Source of the DNA: Myxococcota bacterium
GTDB lineage: Bacteria > Myxococcota_A > UBA9160 > JAFDDA01
Assembly (NCBI GenBank): GCA_965228475.1
Contig: OZ245817.1
Span: 192,001-256,000 of the forward strand
Direction: 5' to 3'
DNA: 64,000 bases
Shown piece by piece: positions 49,074-57,974 of the stretch. A model generated the notes under the pieces. It saw nothing but the letters and a program-made list of their open reading frames with translations, was not told the origin of the DNA and made no database searches. Position 1 is the stretch's first letter; every line of letters begins with the position of its first letter. Made by a program: the position numbers and the translations under genes.

Positions 49074-50288
49074 GTGGCAAAGGGAAAGCGCAAGGGGCGG
49101 ATCGTGTTCGCCTGGGAGCTCGGCGGCGGCCTCGGCCACCTGGCGCGCATCGCGCCGGTCGCAAGCGGCCTCCTGGCGGAGGGCCATGAGGTCGCCGCGT
49201 TCGTCCCGGACCCCGGCCGTGCGGAGCCCTTCCTTCCCGGCGTCGAGCGGATCGCCGCCCCTCCCCTGCCTGCGCGGGCCGAGCGCGCACCCGCGGCGAA
49301 CTTCGCCGAGGTTCTCGCAGAGGCGGGCTTTGCCGAGCCGCACGTCCTGGCGGGGCGCGCCGACGCCTGGCGCGCGGCGCTCTCCCTCGCGGCGCCCGAC
49401 GTCCTGGTCTTCGACCACGCGCCGACCGCCCTCCTGGCCTCCCGGGGCCTCGAGATCCCTCGCGTCCTGCTCACGACGGGGTTCGCGCTGCCGCCCGACA
49501 CGAGCCCCCTGCCTTCCCTGCTTCCGGACGTGCCGACACCCGCGGAGCCCTCGGCCGCCGAGACGCGCGCCCTCGCGGCCGCGAACGCCTGGGCGGAAGC
49601 CCGGGGCGTTCCGGAGCTGCCCCGCCTCGCGTCCCTCTTCGCCGAGGTCGAAGCCGCCTTCGTCGCCGGCTGGCCCGAGCTCGACCACTACGGCGCCCGG
49701 CCGAGCCTCGAATACCTCGGCCCCTGGCCCGGTCCGGCCGCGCCGGCCCCCGACTGGCCCGCGGGTTCGGGGGTGAACGTCTTCGCCTACCTGAAGCCCT
49801 TCCCGCGGCTCCCGGCGTTGATCGAGATCCTGCATCGCTCGGGGCTGCCGAGCCTGGTGGTGGTCGAAGGCGCCGAGGAAGCGCTGGCGCGTGAGCTCTC
49901 GCGCGGCAGCGTGAAGGTCGGGAACGCCGCGGTCGCGATCGAGGCCGCCGCGCGCGAGGCGTCCGTCGCCGTCACCCACGCGGGCCATGGCACGACCGGC
50001 GCGCTCCTGCGCTGCGGGACGCCGATCCTCGCCATCCCCCTGGTGGTCGAGCAGCTCCTCGTCGCCCGGCGGATCGTCGCGTTGCACGCGGGGCTGGTCG
50101 CATCGGCCGACGCGCCCCAGCAGATGATCGACGGCCTGAAGCGGCTGATCGAGGTTCCGCGCTTCAGCGCCGCGGCGCGGCGGTTCGCGGGCCGGCGCGC
50201 CGCGGAAGAGCCGGCGGAATCCGTCGCGAAGGTGGTTGCCCGAATCGGCGCTCTCGCGTCGCCGAGACCGAACCGGCTTCTCAGCTGA
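49074..50288 (+). CDS. GT-B fold glycosyltransferase (GT1-like)
   Basis: IVFAWELGGGLGH, DHAPTALLA and THAGHGT..IPLVVEQ motifs. Start position approximate. Confidence 0.8.
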   Translation: MAKGKRKGRIVFAWELGGGLGHLARIAPVASGLLAEGHEVAAFVPDPGRAEPFLPGVERIAAPPLPARAERAPAANFAEVLAEAGFAEPHVLAGRADAWRAALSLAAPDVLVFDHAPTALLASRGLEIPRVLLTTGFALPPDTSPLPSLLPDVPTPAEPSAAETRALAAANAWAEARGVPELPRLASLFAEVEAAFVAGWPELDHYGARPSLEYLGPWPGPAAPAPDWPAGSGVNVFAYLKPFPRLPALIEILHRSGLPSLVVVEGAEEALARELSRGSVKVGNAAVAIEAAAREASVAVTHAGHGTTGALLRCGTPILAIPLVVEQLLVARRIVALHAGLVASADAPQQMIDGLKRLIEVPRFSAAARRFAGRRAAEEPAESVAKVVARIGALASPRPNRLLS

Positions 50289-51687
50289 TCCCGAAGACGC
50301 CCTTCAGGTGGTCGTTCAGGAAGCGTCGCTTCGGGTCGAGCCCTTCCCGGACCTCGAGGAAATCCCGCCAGCGCGGGTAGCGCGCCGCGAGCGCGTCGGC
50401 GGTCATGGTGTGGAGCTTCCCCCAGTGCGGTCGCCCCTCGTACTTCCAGAAGATCGGCTCGATCGCGTCGAAGTACGGGCGGTAATCCTGGTCGTGGAAC
50501 TGGTGGATCGAGATCGTGCAGCCGTCGCGGCCGCTGAACATGGAGAGCCATACGTCGTCGGCCTTCACGTAGCGGTACTCGATCGGGAACACGATCGGGA
50601 TGTTGCGCGCCTCGATCGTGTCGAGGATCTCGCGCAGACATTCCGGCCCGGCTTCGGCCGGCACCGTGTACTCCATCTCGCGGAAGCGGGTGAGACGGGT
50701 GTGGGTGAGGACGCGGTAGGAGGGGCCCGTGCGCCGCGTCTCGCCCGGGTCCGCGAGGCGTACCGCCGCGTCGAACAGGCGGCTCCCGACGGCGGGGATG
50801 CCGCCGAGCCAGCGGTAGACATCGCGCAGGATCTCCGGGCCGGCCTCCTCTTCGGGCGCCTCGTCCGGAGCGCCCGGCTCGGCCGGGTCCGTCGCGACGG
50901 TGAGGGCCATGCGCGAGTGCGGCAGCGCGAAGAACTCGAAGTGGCGGTGCTTTCGCGCGAGGGCCGGCGCCTCTTCGAGCAGGTCCTCGATCCGCGCCGC
51001 GCGCGTTACCTCCGTCAGCCGGAAGGGCGCCTGATTCTGGAGCGTCATGCGCAGCGTCATCCCGAGGGCACCGAGGGAGCAGCGCGCCGCGTGGAAGACC
51101 TCGGCGTTGCGCTCGCGGTCGCAAACGATGCGTTCGCCTTCCGGCGTGGCGAGTTCGAGCGCGACGATCTGGCTCGAGAGCGAACCGAAGGCGGTGCCGG
51201 TCCCGTGGGTCGACGTGGCGACGGCGCCGGCCAGGGTCTGGTAGTCGATGTCCGGGAGGTTCGGCATCGCCAGGCCGTGCCCGGCCAGGGCCGGGCCGAG
51301 CTGGTGCAGACGGGTGCCGCCGTGGACCTCGGCGCGCAGGGTTCGCGCGTCCGCCCGGACGACGCCGGTCAGCCCGTCGGCGGAGAGGAGTGTGCCCTCG
51401 CTCGGCACCAGGGCGCTGAAGGAGTGGCCCGCCCCCACCGGGCGGATCGGAGCCGGTGCCGTGGCGAGGGCTTCGAGTAGGGACGCCTCGTCGCGCGGGG
51501 CGAGTCGGGCCTCCGGCCGGCAGCCCTGGTTCGCGCCCCAGTTGCGCCAGGGCAGGCGCTCCCCGGCCTCGTAGGCCGGGAGCTCCTCCGAGGCGGGTCC
51601 GAGGTCGGTGGGCTTGCAGCCGGGCAGGAGCCCGGCCGCCGCGGCGGTCAGGCCGGCCTGCAGGATCTCGCGGCGGGTGAGTCGCAT
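50281..51687 (-). CDS. Tat-exported lactone oxidase (D-arabinono-1,4-lactone oxidase family) lipoprotein
   Basis: LTRREIL Tat motif plus LPGC lipobox; WRNW, GAGHSFS, STHGTG, EMEY and RPHWGK motifs. Confidence 0.9.
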   Translation of the reverse strand: MRLTRREILQAGLTAAAAGLLPGCKPTDLGPASEELPAYEAGERLPWRNWGANQGCRPEARLAPRDEASLLEALATAPAPIRPVGAGHSFSALVPSEGTLLSADGLTGVVRADARTLRAEVHGGTRLHQLGPALAGHGLAMPNLPDIDYQTLAGAVATSTHGTGTAFGSLSSQIVALELATPEGERIVCDRERNAEVFHAARCSLGALGMTLRMTLQNQAPFRLTEVTRAARIEDLLEEAPALARKHRHFEFFALPHSRMALTVATDPAEPGAPDEAPEEEAGPEILRDVYRWLGGIPAVGSRLFDAAVRLADPGETRRTGPSYRVLTHTRLTRFREMEYTVPAEAGPECLREILDTIEARNIPIVFPIEYRYVKADDVWLSMFSGRDGCTISIHQFHDQDYRPYFDAIEPIFWKYEGRPHWGKLHTMTADALAARYPRWRDFLEVREGLDPKRRFLNDHLKGVFGIS

Positions 51688-51703
51688 CCGCGTGGGCCTC
51701 TCC

Positions 51704-52081
51704 CTACCGGGCCGGGCCCGTCGCAGGGTTCGTCGGGTTGGCCCCGTCCCCGGGCTCCGGGACGGGAAGGCCCGCGAGGACCGCGATCAGCCGGCGAAGC
51801 TCGGTTTCGGTGCAGGCGCCGCAGGTTCCGAGGGGCGGCATGCCCCGGTAGCCGTTCACGGTGTTGCGCAGGAGGGTCTCCATCCCCTTCTCCCGGCGAG
51901 GCGCCCAGGCCTTTAGATCGCCGATCTGGGGCACGGCGCCGCCGGGCAGGGAGTGGCAGGAGGCGCAGATCCCCTGGAGGACCTGGGTCTCGGCCGGCCC
52001 GAGCTCTCCGCCCCGGGCCGGGAGCGCCAGCAGCAGGCAGGCCGCCAGGGCGGGCAGCAAAGGGGGGTGCGCGGCCTTCAT
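51704..52081 (-). CDS. Cytochrome c5 family protein
   Basis: Signal peptide; CASCH haem motif; MPPLGTCGAC with axial Met and c5-type Cys pair. Confidence 0.85.
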   Translation of the reverse strand: MKAAHPPLLPALAACLLLALPARGGELGPAETQVLQGICASCHSLPGGAVPQIGDLKAWAPRREKGMETLLRNTVNGYRGMPPLGTCGACTETELRRLIAVLAGLPVPEPGDGANPTNPATGPAR

Positions 52082-52191
52082 GACCCGGACGGTTAGCGTT
52101 CCCGAGGGCTTCGGCAAGGCAAGGACGGCGACCGAGGGGCGAGCTAGCCTCGGGCGCCAGGGCCACAGGCCCTTCGGAGGAACCCAAGCCG

Positions 52192-53451
52192 ATGGATCCG
52201 GTCGCACATGCCTTAGTGATCGCCGTTTGTCTCCTGCTGTCCGCCTTCTTCTCGAGCAGCGAGACGGCCCTGCTCCGCCTACGCGACGACGAGGTGGAGC
52301 GCGACGTCCAGGCGGCCCATGGGCCCGCGGTCCTCGCCGCCCAGCGCCTCCTGCGCTCGACCTCGCGCCTGCTCGTGACGATCCTGCTCGGGAACAACGT
52401 GGTCAACATCCTCGCTGCGTCGGTTTCCTCCGCGCTCGCGATCCACTACCTCGGGGAGCGCGTCGGCATCGCCGCCTCGACCCTGGCGTTGACGCTGACG
52501 GTCCTGATCTTCTGCGAGGTCATGCCCAAGGCGCTCGCCGCCCGGAACCCGCGCGGCGTCTCCTACGCGCTGGCCCTGCCGCTCTACCTGCTGCATCAGC
52601 TCCTGCGCCCGGTGCATCTGCTCTTCGACCGCGTCGTCGACCCCTTCGTCGAAGCGGTGACCGGCGGCCACGGCCACGAGGACGACGGCAGCGCCTACAG
52701 TGAAGAGGTGCTGCGCATGGCGCGGCGCCTGCGTCAGGGGCAGCCCGACGGCTCGGCGCTGGCGATCATCCGCGCCGCGGCCGACGCCGCGGACACCACG
52801 GTGGAGACCGTGATGGTTCCCGCCACGGAGATCGTCGCCTTCGACGAAGGCACGGCGCCGGAGGAGCTGCTCGAGAAGATGCTCGCGAGCCGCTTCACGC
52901 GCGTCCCGATCCAGCGCGAAACCGTCGACGACATCGTCGGCAACGTGCACCTGAAGGACGTGATCCGGCTCGTGCGTGCGGGCCGGAGCGATCTCAGCGC
53001 GGCGATCCGGCCGGTCCTGCGCGTTCCGCCGCGCAAGCCGATCCTCGACCTGCTCTCGGACATGCAGCGTGCCTTCATCCACTGCGCCATGGTGAAGGAC
53101 GAGTTCGGCCGCACCCTCGGCCTGCTGACCCAGGAGGACGTGCTCGAGGAACTCGTCGGAGAGATCCGCGACGAGTTCGACCGCGAAGAACTCCTGACGG
53201 TGCGCCGGGTGTCGGACAGCTCCTACCGGGCCCTCGGGCGCGTCAAGGTGGCCGACTTCAACCGCGAGACGGGCTGGGAGGTTCCGGCCGAGCCCGGAGA
53301 CTCGCTCTCGGGCCTGCTCTTCAACGCGCTCGGCCATCCGCCTCGCGAAGGCGATACCGCCGACTTCCCCGGCTACCAGCTCGAGGTCATCTCGGTCTCC
53401 GGAACGCGGGTGACCGAGATCGGCGTCGAGAAGGTCGAGGTCGAGGCCTAG
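52192..53451 (+). CDS. CNNM/HlyC/CorC family transporter (DUF21-CBS-CorC)
   Basis: SAFFSSSETA, TILLGNNVVN, EVMPK and DEFG...EDVLEELVGEIRDEFD motifs. Confidence 0.92.
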   Translation: MDPVAHALVIAVCLLLSAFFSSSETALLRLRDDEVERDVQAAHGPAVLAAQRLLRSTSRLLVTILLGNNVVNILAASVSSALAIHYLGERVGIAASTLALTLTVLIFCEVMPKALAARNPRGVSYALALPLYLLHQLLRPVHLLFDRVVDPFVEAVTGGHGHEDDGSAYSEEVLRMARRLRQGQPDGSALAIIRAAADAADTTVETVMVPATEIVAFDEGTAPEELLEKMLASRFTRVPIQRETVDDIVGNVHLKDVIRLVRAGRSDLSAAIRPVLRVPPRKPILDLLSDMQRAFIHCAMVKDEFGRTLGLLTQEDVLEELVGEIRDEFDREELLTVRRVSDSSYRALGRVKVADFNRETGWEVPAEPGDSLSGLLFNALGHPPREGDTADFPGYQLEVISVSGTRVTEIGVEKVEVEA

Positions 53452-54686
53452 GAGCGCTCGAGCCAGCCGAGTTCGCGCAGGCGCTCGGCGAGCGCCTCGC
53501 CGGCCACGCGGTGTCCCTCGGCGTTCCAGTGACGGTCGCGTCGGTAGTAGAAGTCCTCGCCGCGTCCGCGCATCCGCGGCAGCAGGTCGAGGCACTCGAG
53601 CTCGAGTTCGGCGCAGAGCGCCGCGAGCCTGCGGTTCGGTTTCTCGAGGTCGTAGGCGTCCGGGTCGTAGCCGTACCTTCGAGCGGTCGTCTCGTAGTAG
53701 CTCGGCCAGGTCTGGTAGAGGTCCGGGATCACGACCACCAGCACGCGGGCGCCCGCCTCCGCCGCGAACTCCTGGAACTTGGCGAAGGTGGCTCCGAGCA
53801 GCTTCCAGGCGTACTGGATGTCCTCGGGGTCCTCCTCCTCGCACAGTCGAAGGAGCGGGAACGCGCGGGACTTGGTCTCGCGGCCACGCCAGCCGTCGAT
53901 CCGGGCACGCAGCACCGAGCCCTTCCAGATCTCGCCGCCGTAGTCGCGGGCGTTCTCGATGAGCGTCCACGTGTGGAGGTGCTGGCGGATGAAGTTGCCG
54001 AAGCGCTTGCCCTGCTGCTTCTCCCACTTGCGGGCCCAGCGCTCCTCGGACTCGCGCCGCAGCCGGGCGACCTCCTCCTCCGAGACCTGCTTCCCGATCA
54101 GCACGAACTCGCCGTTCTCGTCGAAGCCCCAGCGCGGCGGCGTGTGCTCGGGCCGCGGCACGCGTGTCACCAGGTCGTTGCCCATGTAGAAGCCGATGAC
54201 CAGCACGTCGTGCTCGTAGCGCAAGCCGTGCTTCATGTAGACCTTCAGCTCCCCGGGCGGATCCCCGGCGGGCGCGCCGAGGTTGATGGCTTCGACGCCG
54301 TCCACCTCGCGCTCGAGGACTTTCATGAAGATCTCGTCGTTCTCGACGCCGTGGCCCCAGGTGAAACTGTCGCCGACGGTCACGATGCGGGTGCGGTCGT
54401 CTTCCCGGGCGAAGCCGTGTTCGCCGTCGCGGAAGCCCCGGGAGTTGTGGATCAGCGTCGTCTTGAAGGAGCTGTTCGCGAAGATGCCGCGCTTGTTCGG
54501 GATCCCCTCGGCACCGAGGAAGGGTTCGTACCGGAAGAACAGATCCCGCTTGCGCAGGTCGGACTGGGGGCTGATCTCGCGCACCGCCAGCTCGGTCAGG
54601 GCCAGGCAGACGAGGAACGTCATGCTGAACATCACGAAGCCGAACAGCACGCGCTTGAACAGGGAAGTGCGCCTTCGGGTCGCCAT
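53448..54686 (-). CDS. SGNH/GDSL hydrolase-like membrane-anchored protein
   Basis: N-terminal TM helix; NSRGFRD, GDSFTWG, YMGND and DRHWNAEGH motifs. Confidence 0.85.
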   Translation of the reverse strand: MATRRRTSLFKRVLFGFVMFSMTFLVCLALTELAVREISPQSDLRKRDLFFRYEPFLGAEGIPNKRGIFANSSFKTTLIHNSRGFRDGEHGFAREDDRTRIVTVGDSFTWGHGVENDEIFMKVLEREVDGVEAINLGAPAGDPPGELKVYMKHGLRYEHDVLVIGFYMGNDLVTRVPRPEHTPPRWGFDENGEFVLIGKQVSEEEVARLRRESEERWARKWEKQQGKRFGNFIRQHLHTWTLIENARDYGGEIWKGSVLRARIDGWRGRETKSRAFPLLRLCEEEDPEDIQYAWKLLGATFAKFQEFAAEAGARVLVVVIPDLYQTWPSYYETTARRYGYDPDAYDLEKPNRRLAALCAELELECLDLLPRMRGRGEDFYYRRDRHWNAEGHRVAGEALAERLRELGWLERS

Positions 54687-54734
54687 CGAGACCTCCTCCC
54701 CCTCCGGAGGTGGCTTCCGGGCGGGCGCCGGAGC

Positions 54735-55295
54735 TTAGCGGACGGGGCGCTCGGGCAGCGCGGCGAGCCCCGGCTCGGGCTGCACGCCGAGCGTGTTGAG
54801 TGCCATCGAGACGAGGTTGTACTGGCCGACCGCGAAGACGAGGTCCATGCGCTGCTTTACGGAGAGCTCCGCGAGCCGCTCCCAGGTGGCGTCCGAGATG
54901 AACGAGTCGGCATGGAGTTCGTCGGTGGCGTCGAGCAGCGCGGCGTCGAGGGCGTTCCAGCCGGGCGCCTGCGAGCCATCCGGGATGCGATCGATCTCCT
55001 CCTGGGTCAGACCCGAAGCGAGACCGATGGCCGCATGCTGACCCCATTCGTAGCCGGCACGGCAGAGCCAGCCGATGCGCAGGATCACGAGCTCGCGCTC
55101 CCGGGCCGGCAGCGTCGACTTCGCCAGCACGTGGTTGCCGAAGACGAGCCAGCGCTTCAGCAGCCCCGGGTGGTGCGCGAGCGTGCGGAAGATGTTCAGC
55201 ATCGGCGCGCCGTCGGCGACGCCGAAGCGTTCGCGGACCTCGGGCGGAAGCTCTTCGTCCGAGAGCGGGGTGAGACGCGGGCGGGAAAGGCGCAT
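54735..55295 (-). CDS. Carboxymuconolactone decarboxylase family protein
   Basis: GAGGAGG SD; NIFRTLAHHP, RERELVILR and YEWGQH motifs. Confidence 0.88.
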   Translation of the reverse strand: MRLSRPRLTPLSDEELPPEVRERFGVADGAPMLNIFRTLAHHPGLLKRWLVFGNHVLAKSTLPARERELVILRIGWLCRAGYEWGQHAAIGLASGLTQEEIDRIPDGSQAPGWNALDAALLDATDELHADSFISDATWERLAELSVKQRMDLVFAVGQYNLVSMALNTLGVQPEPGLAALPERPVR

Positions 55296-55354
55296 GGGAT
55301 CCTCCTCGCCCGACGATACACGAGCGAGGGTCCGGGAAGGCGCCCGCGGCCGAC

Positions 55355-57205
55355 CTAGGGGCCGGCGCGTGCCCGCCGCCGCCGCGCGAGCCAGGGCAGG
55401 AGAAGCGCGATCTCCCCGCCGAGCCCGCAGCCGCTTCCGGTCTCGGCGTCGCGATGGGGCTTGTTCACGCACTGCGGGTCCGGCCCGGCCGGGTCGCCGT
55501 TTCCGACGCCGAGGATCGACTCCCCGCCGTCGAAGTCCGTTCCGACGGCGCCGTCGTTGTCGATGCCGTCCTGGCACTGCGGGTCTTCGATCAGCGTCTC
55601 CGCGGTGAGGCAGCCCGGGTCGGCCGGGAAGTCCGTGAAGCCGTCGCCATCGTCGTCGAAGCCGTTGCGGCACTGGGGAATCGGGTCGGCGGCGGCGGCG
55701 ACGCCGCCGGTGGTGTGGCCCTGGACGCCCGTCGAGGTCGTCACCTCCCAGGTGGTCGGGTCGATGGCATCGTAGAGCTTGCGGGTGTCGGCGGACTGGT
55801 TGCCGACCAGGTAGAGGCGTCCGTTCGTCGCGGAGTAGGCGAGCCCCGAGTCCGTCCGCGGCAGGTCGACCTGGGTGACGGCGGTGACGTTGCACAGGCC
55901 GGGCGGACAGCTGTTCGGGTCGATCGTGTAGAGGCCACCGCCGGAAGAGGCGTAGAGCACGCCCGCGGCGCTGTCGTAGGCGAGGCCGGTGAAGCCCGAG
56001 GAGAAGCCGAGGTTCAGCCCGCCGAGGTTCGTCACCGTGGCGTCGTCCGGGTCGATCGAGAGCAGGTCTTCGAAGGCGGAGGCGTCGTCGTCGAGCGCGA
56101 GCAGCCGATCGTCGGCGAGGTCGTCGGTCGGGCCCGGGTCGAAGGCCAGGGCGATCACGTCCTGGATGCCCGTGAGCGTTCCGACGGTTCCGATGACGGC
56201 GCCGGTCGTCGCGTCGAGCGTGAGGAGCTGGTCGTCGCCGGCCGTCGGGGTGACGGCGAAGATGACGCCTCGCCCCGGGGCGAGCCCGCGCGGTTCGGCG
56301 CCGCTGCCGATGGCCCCGCCGTTCGTCCAACCGCCCGTGGCGCCGGAGGTGATGAGCGCGTCGTCGGGCGTGGCGCCGGTCAGCGCCTCCGGCCCGCCGG
56401 CGATCACGAGCTTCACGTTCGCGTCCGACGGCAGGCCCTCGCAGAGGCCGCCCGAGCAGGCGCCGGTGGTGGCGCCTTCGGTGCAGACCGTCCCGTCGGC
56501 CTCGTAGTTCGATGCGTCCACGTGGCAGTCACAGCTCCCGCCGGTTCCGGTGCGCCCGTCCTGGTAGTGGCCGCACTCCGTCGCGTCGAGGCACCCGCCG
56601 CCGCCGCCCGGCTGCATGATCTGGCAGCTGTCGGCCGTCACGTGGTTCAGGCAGGCGTTGTGCCCGCGTTCGTGGGCGAGGGTCTGGTCGAGCGAGTCGA
56701 AGAGCTCGTGCGCTTCGAGGGTGACGACGGAGACGAGGAACGGGTCGTCGTTGGGGTTCCCCGTACAGAAGGGGGTGTCGCCGCAGCCGATGGCCGTGGT
56801 GGTCGGCACGCCGCACCAGCCGAGGCTGTCGACGAAGAAGACGTTCGAACCGCTGAACCCCGCGACGGCATCGAGGGCGGCGAAGTCCGCGGCGCTGCTC
56901 GGCACATCGAGGCCGTCCCCGGTCGTCCCGAACACGCTGACGGAAACGGTGCCGAGCTCGACGCAGCACGGGCCTTCGAAGGGGCCCTGGTTGCCCTTCA
57001 GGAGCCGGGAGGCATCCGCCGTCGCCTCGGCGATCAGGCCCTCGAAGTAGGAAAGGGGCTGCGTGCCCGCGCCCTGGTCGGTGAGGTCGATGTGCACGAA
57101 CCAGGTGAGGTCGTGGAGATCGACGGTCTCCGCGGCCCGCGCGCCGGAGGGAGCCGTCGCGAAGAAGGCAAAGGCGAACGCGAGAGCGAGCGTGGCGCGG
57201 CTCAT
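55355..57205 (-). CDS. Secreted Cys-rich zincin-like metalloprotease with propeller-like region and C-terminal GCGLG-TM-RRRR tail
   Basis: Signal peptide; AHERGHNACLNH followed by IM (Met-turn-like); disintegrin-like Cys block; DxDGDG repeats; GSGCGLGGEIALLLPWLARRRR. Confidence 0.7.
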   Translation of the reverse strand: MSRATLALAFAFAFFATAPSGARAAETVDLHDLTWFVHIDLTDQGAGTQPLSYFEGLIAEATADASRLLKGNQGPFEGPCCVELGTVSVSVFGTTGDGLDVPSSAADFAALDAVAGFSGSNVFFVDSLGWCGVPTTTAIGCGDTPFCTGNPNDDPFLVSVVTLEAHELFDSLDQTLAHERGHNACLNHVTADSCQIMQPGGGGGCLDATECGHYQDGRTGTGGSCDCHVDASNYEADGTVCTEGATTGACSGGLCEGLPSDANVKLVIAGGPEALTGATPDDALITSGATGGWTNGGAIGSGAEPRGLAPGRGVIFAVTPTAGDDQLLTLDATTGAVIGTVGTLTGIQDVIALAFDPGPTDDLADDRLLALDDDASAFEDLLSIDPDDATVTNLGGLNLGFSSGFTGLAYDSAAGVLYASSGGGLYTIDPNSCPPGLCNVTAVTQVDLPRTDSGLAYSATNGRLYLVGNQSADTRKLYDAIDPTTWEVTTSTGVQGHTTGGVAAAADPIPQCRNGFDDDGDGFTDFPADPGCLTAETLIEDPQCQDGIDNDGAVGTDFDGGESILGVGNGDPAGPDPQCVNKPHRDAETGSGCGLGGEIALLLPWLARRRRARAGP

Positions 57206-57876
57206 CGGTTCACCTCCCGGCCGCGCTGGGCATCGAGGGCGGCTTCGCCCTCGCGGGCGACGGCGCGCATCAGCGCCAGCCCTTCGCTCGCCTCCGCTGC
57301 GACGCTCGGGTCCGCCGTGAGCTCGGTCAGCCGGGCGGCGGCTTCGGGACGGCCGGAGGTCGCGAGGGCGCCGAGGGCACGGCGGCGCTCGTCCCGGGCG
57401 AGCCGTGCACCCTGGTGGTGCCGGAAGTGCCAGGCGGGGGAGGCGCTGCGCGCGCCCGGGCCACCCGTCCGGGCGAGGAGCCAGGCCAGCGCGCGATCGT
57501 CCGTGGAGGCCAGATGCCCCATGGCCGAACTCGTCGCGCGCAGCGCGCGGAAGGTGGCGCGGTCGACCTCGCCCGGGCCCGCGCTCGCGGCGTAGGCGGC
57601 GAGCGCTTCGTAGCCCCCGGCGCAGCCGATCAGGCCGATCGCTTCGATCGCGTTCCCGCGCTTCGCGCCGGCTTCCGGGTCGCCGAGCCACGCGAGCAGC
57701 TCCGGGCAGGCTTCCCCGCCGAGGGACAGGGCGACATCGCGGGGCACGCCTTCGTAGAAGGGGGTCGCGACGAAAGTGGCGACCTCTTCCGCCGTCGCCG
57801 CGCGAGCCTCGGGGGCGGCGGCCACGAGGACGGGAGCGAGCATCCAAAGCAGGGCGAGCGGGGCGCGTCTGGGCAC
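57202..57876 (-). CDS. Secreted HEAT/PBS-like helical repeat protein
   Basis: Signal peptide; repeats NAIEAIGLIG, SSAMGHLA and RALGALATSG; stop overlaps the next start (ATGA). Start approximate. Confidence 0.6.
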   Translation of the reverse strand: MPRRAPLALLWMLAPVLVAAAPEARAATAEEVATFVATPFYEGVPRDVALSLGGEACPELLAWLGDPEAGAKRGNAIEAIGLIGCAGGYEALAAYAASAGPGEVDRATFRALRATSSAMGHLASTDDRALAWLLARTGGPGARSASPAWHFRHHQGARLARDERRRALGALATSGRPEAAARLTELTADPSVAAEASEGLALMRAVAREGEAALDAQRGREVNR

Positions 57877-57974
57877 GGCGTTCTCCGGGTCCGGTTGGAC
57901 CGGGAGTTTCGGCCACACGCCCGGGTCTGTCACGCGGGGGGCGGGAACGTCCGCTCGCGGGCCCGTTTCCCGGC

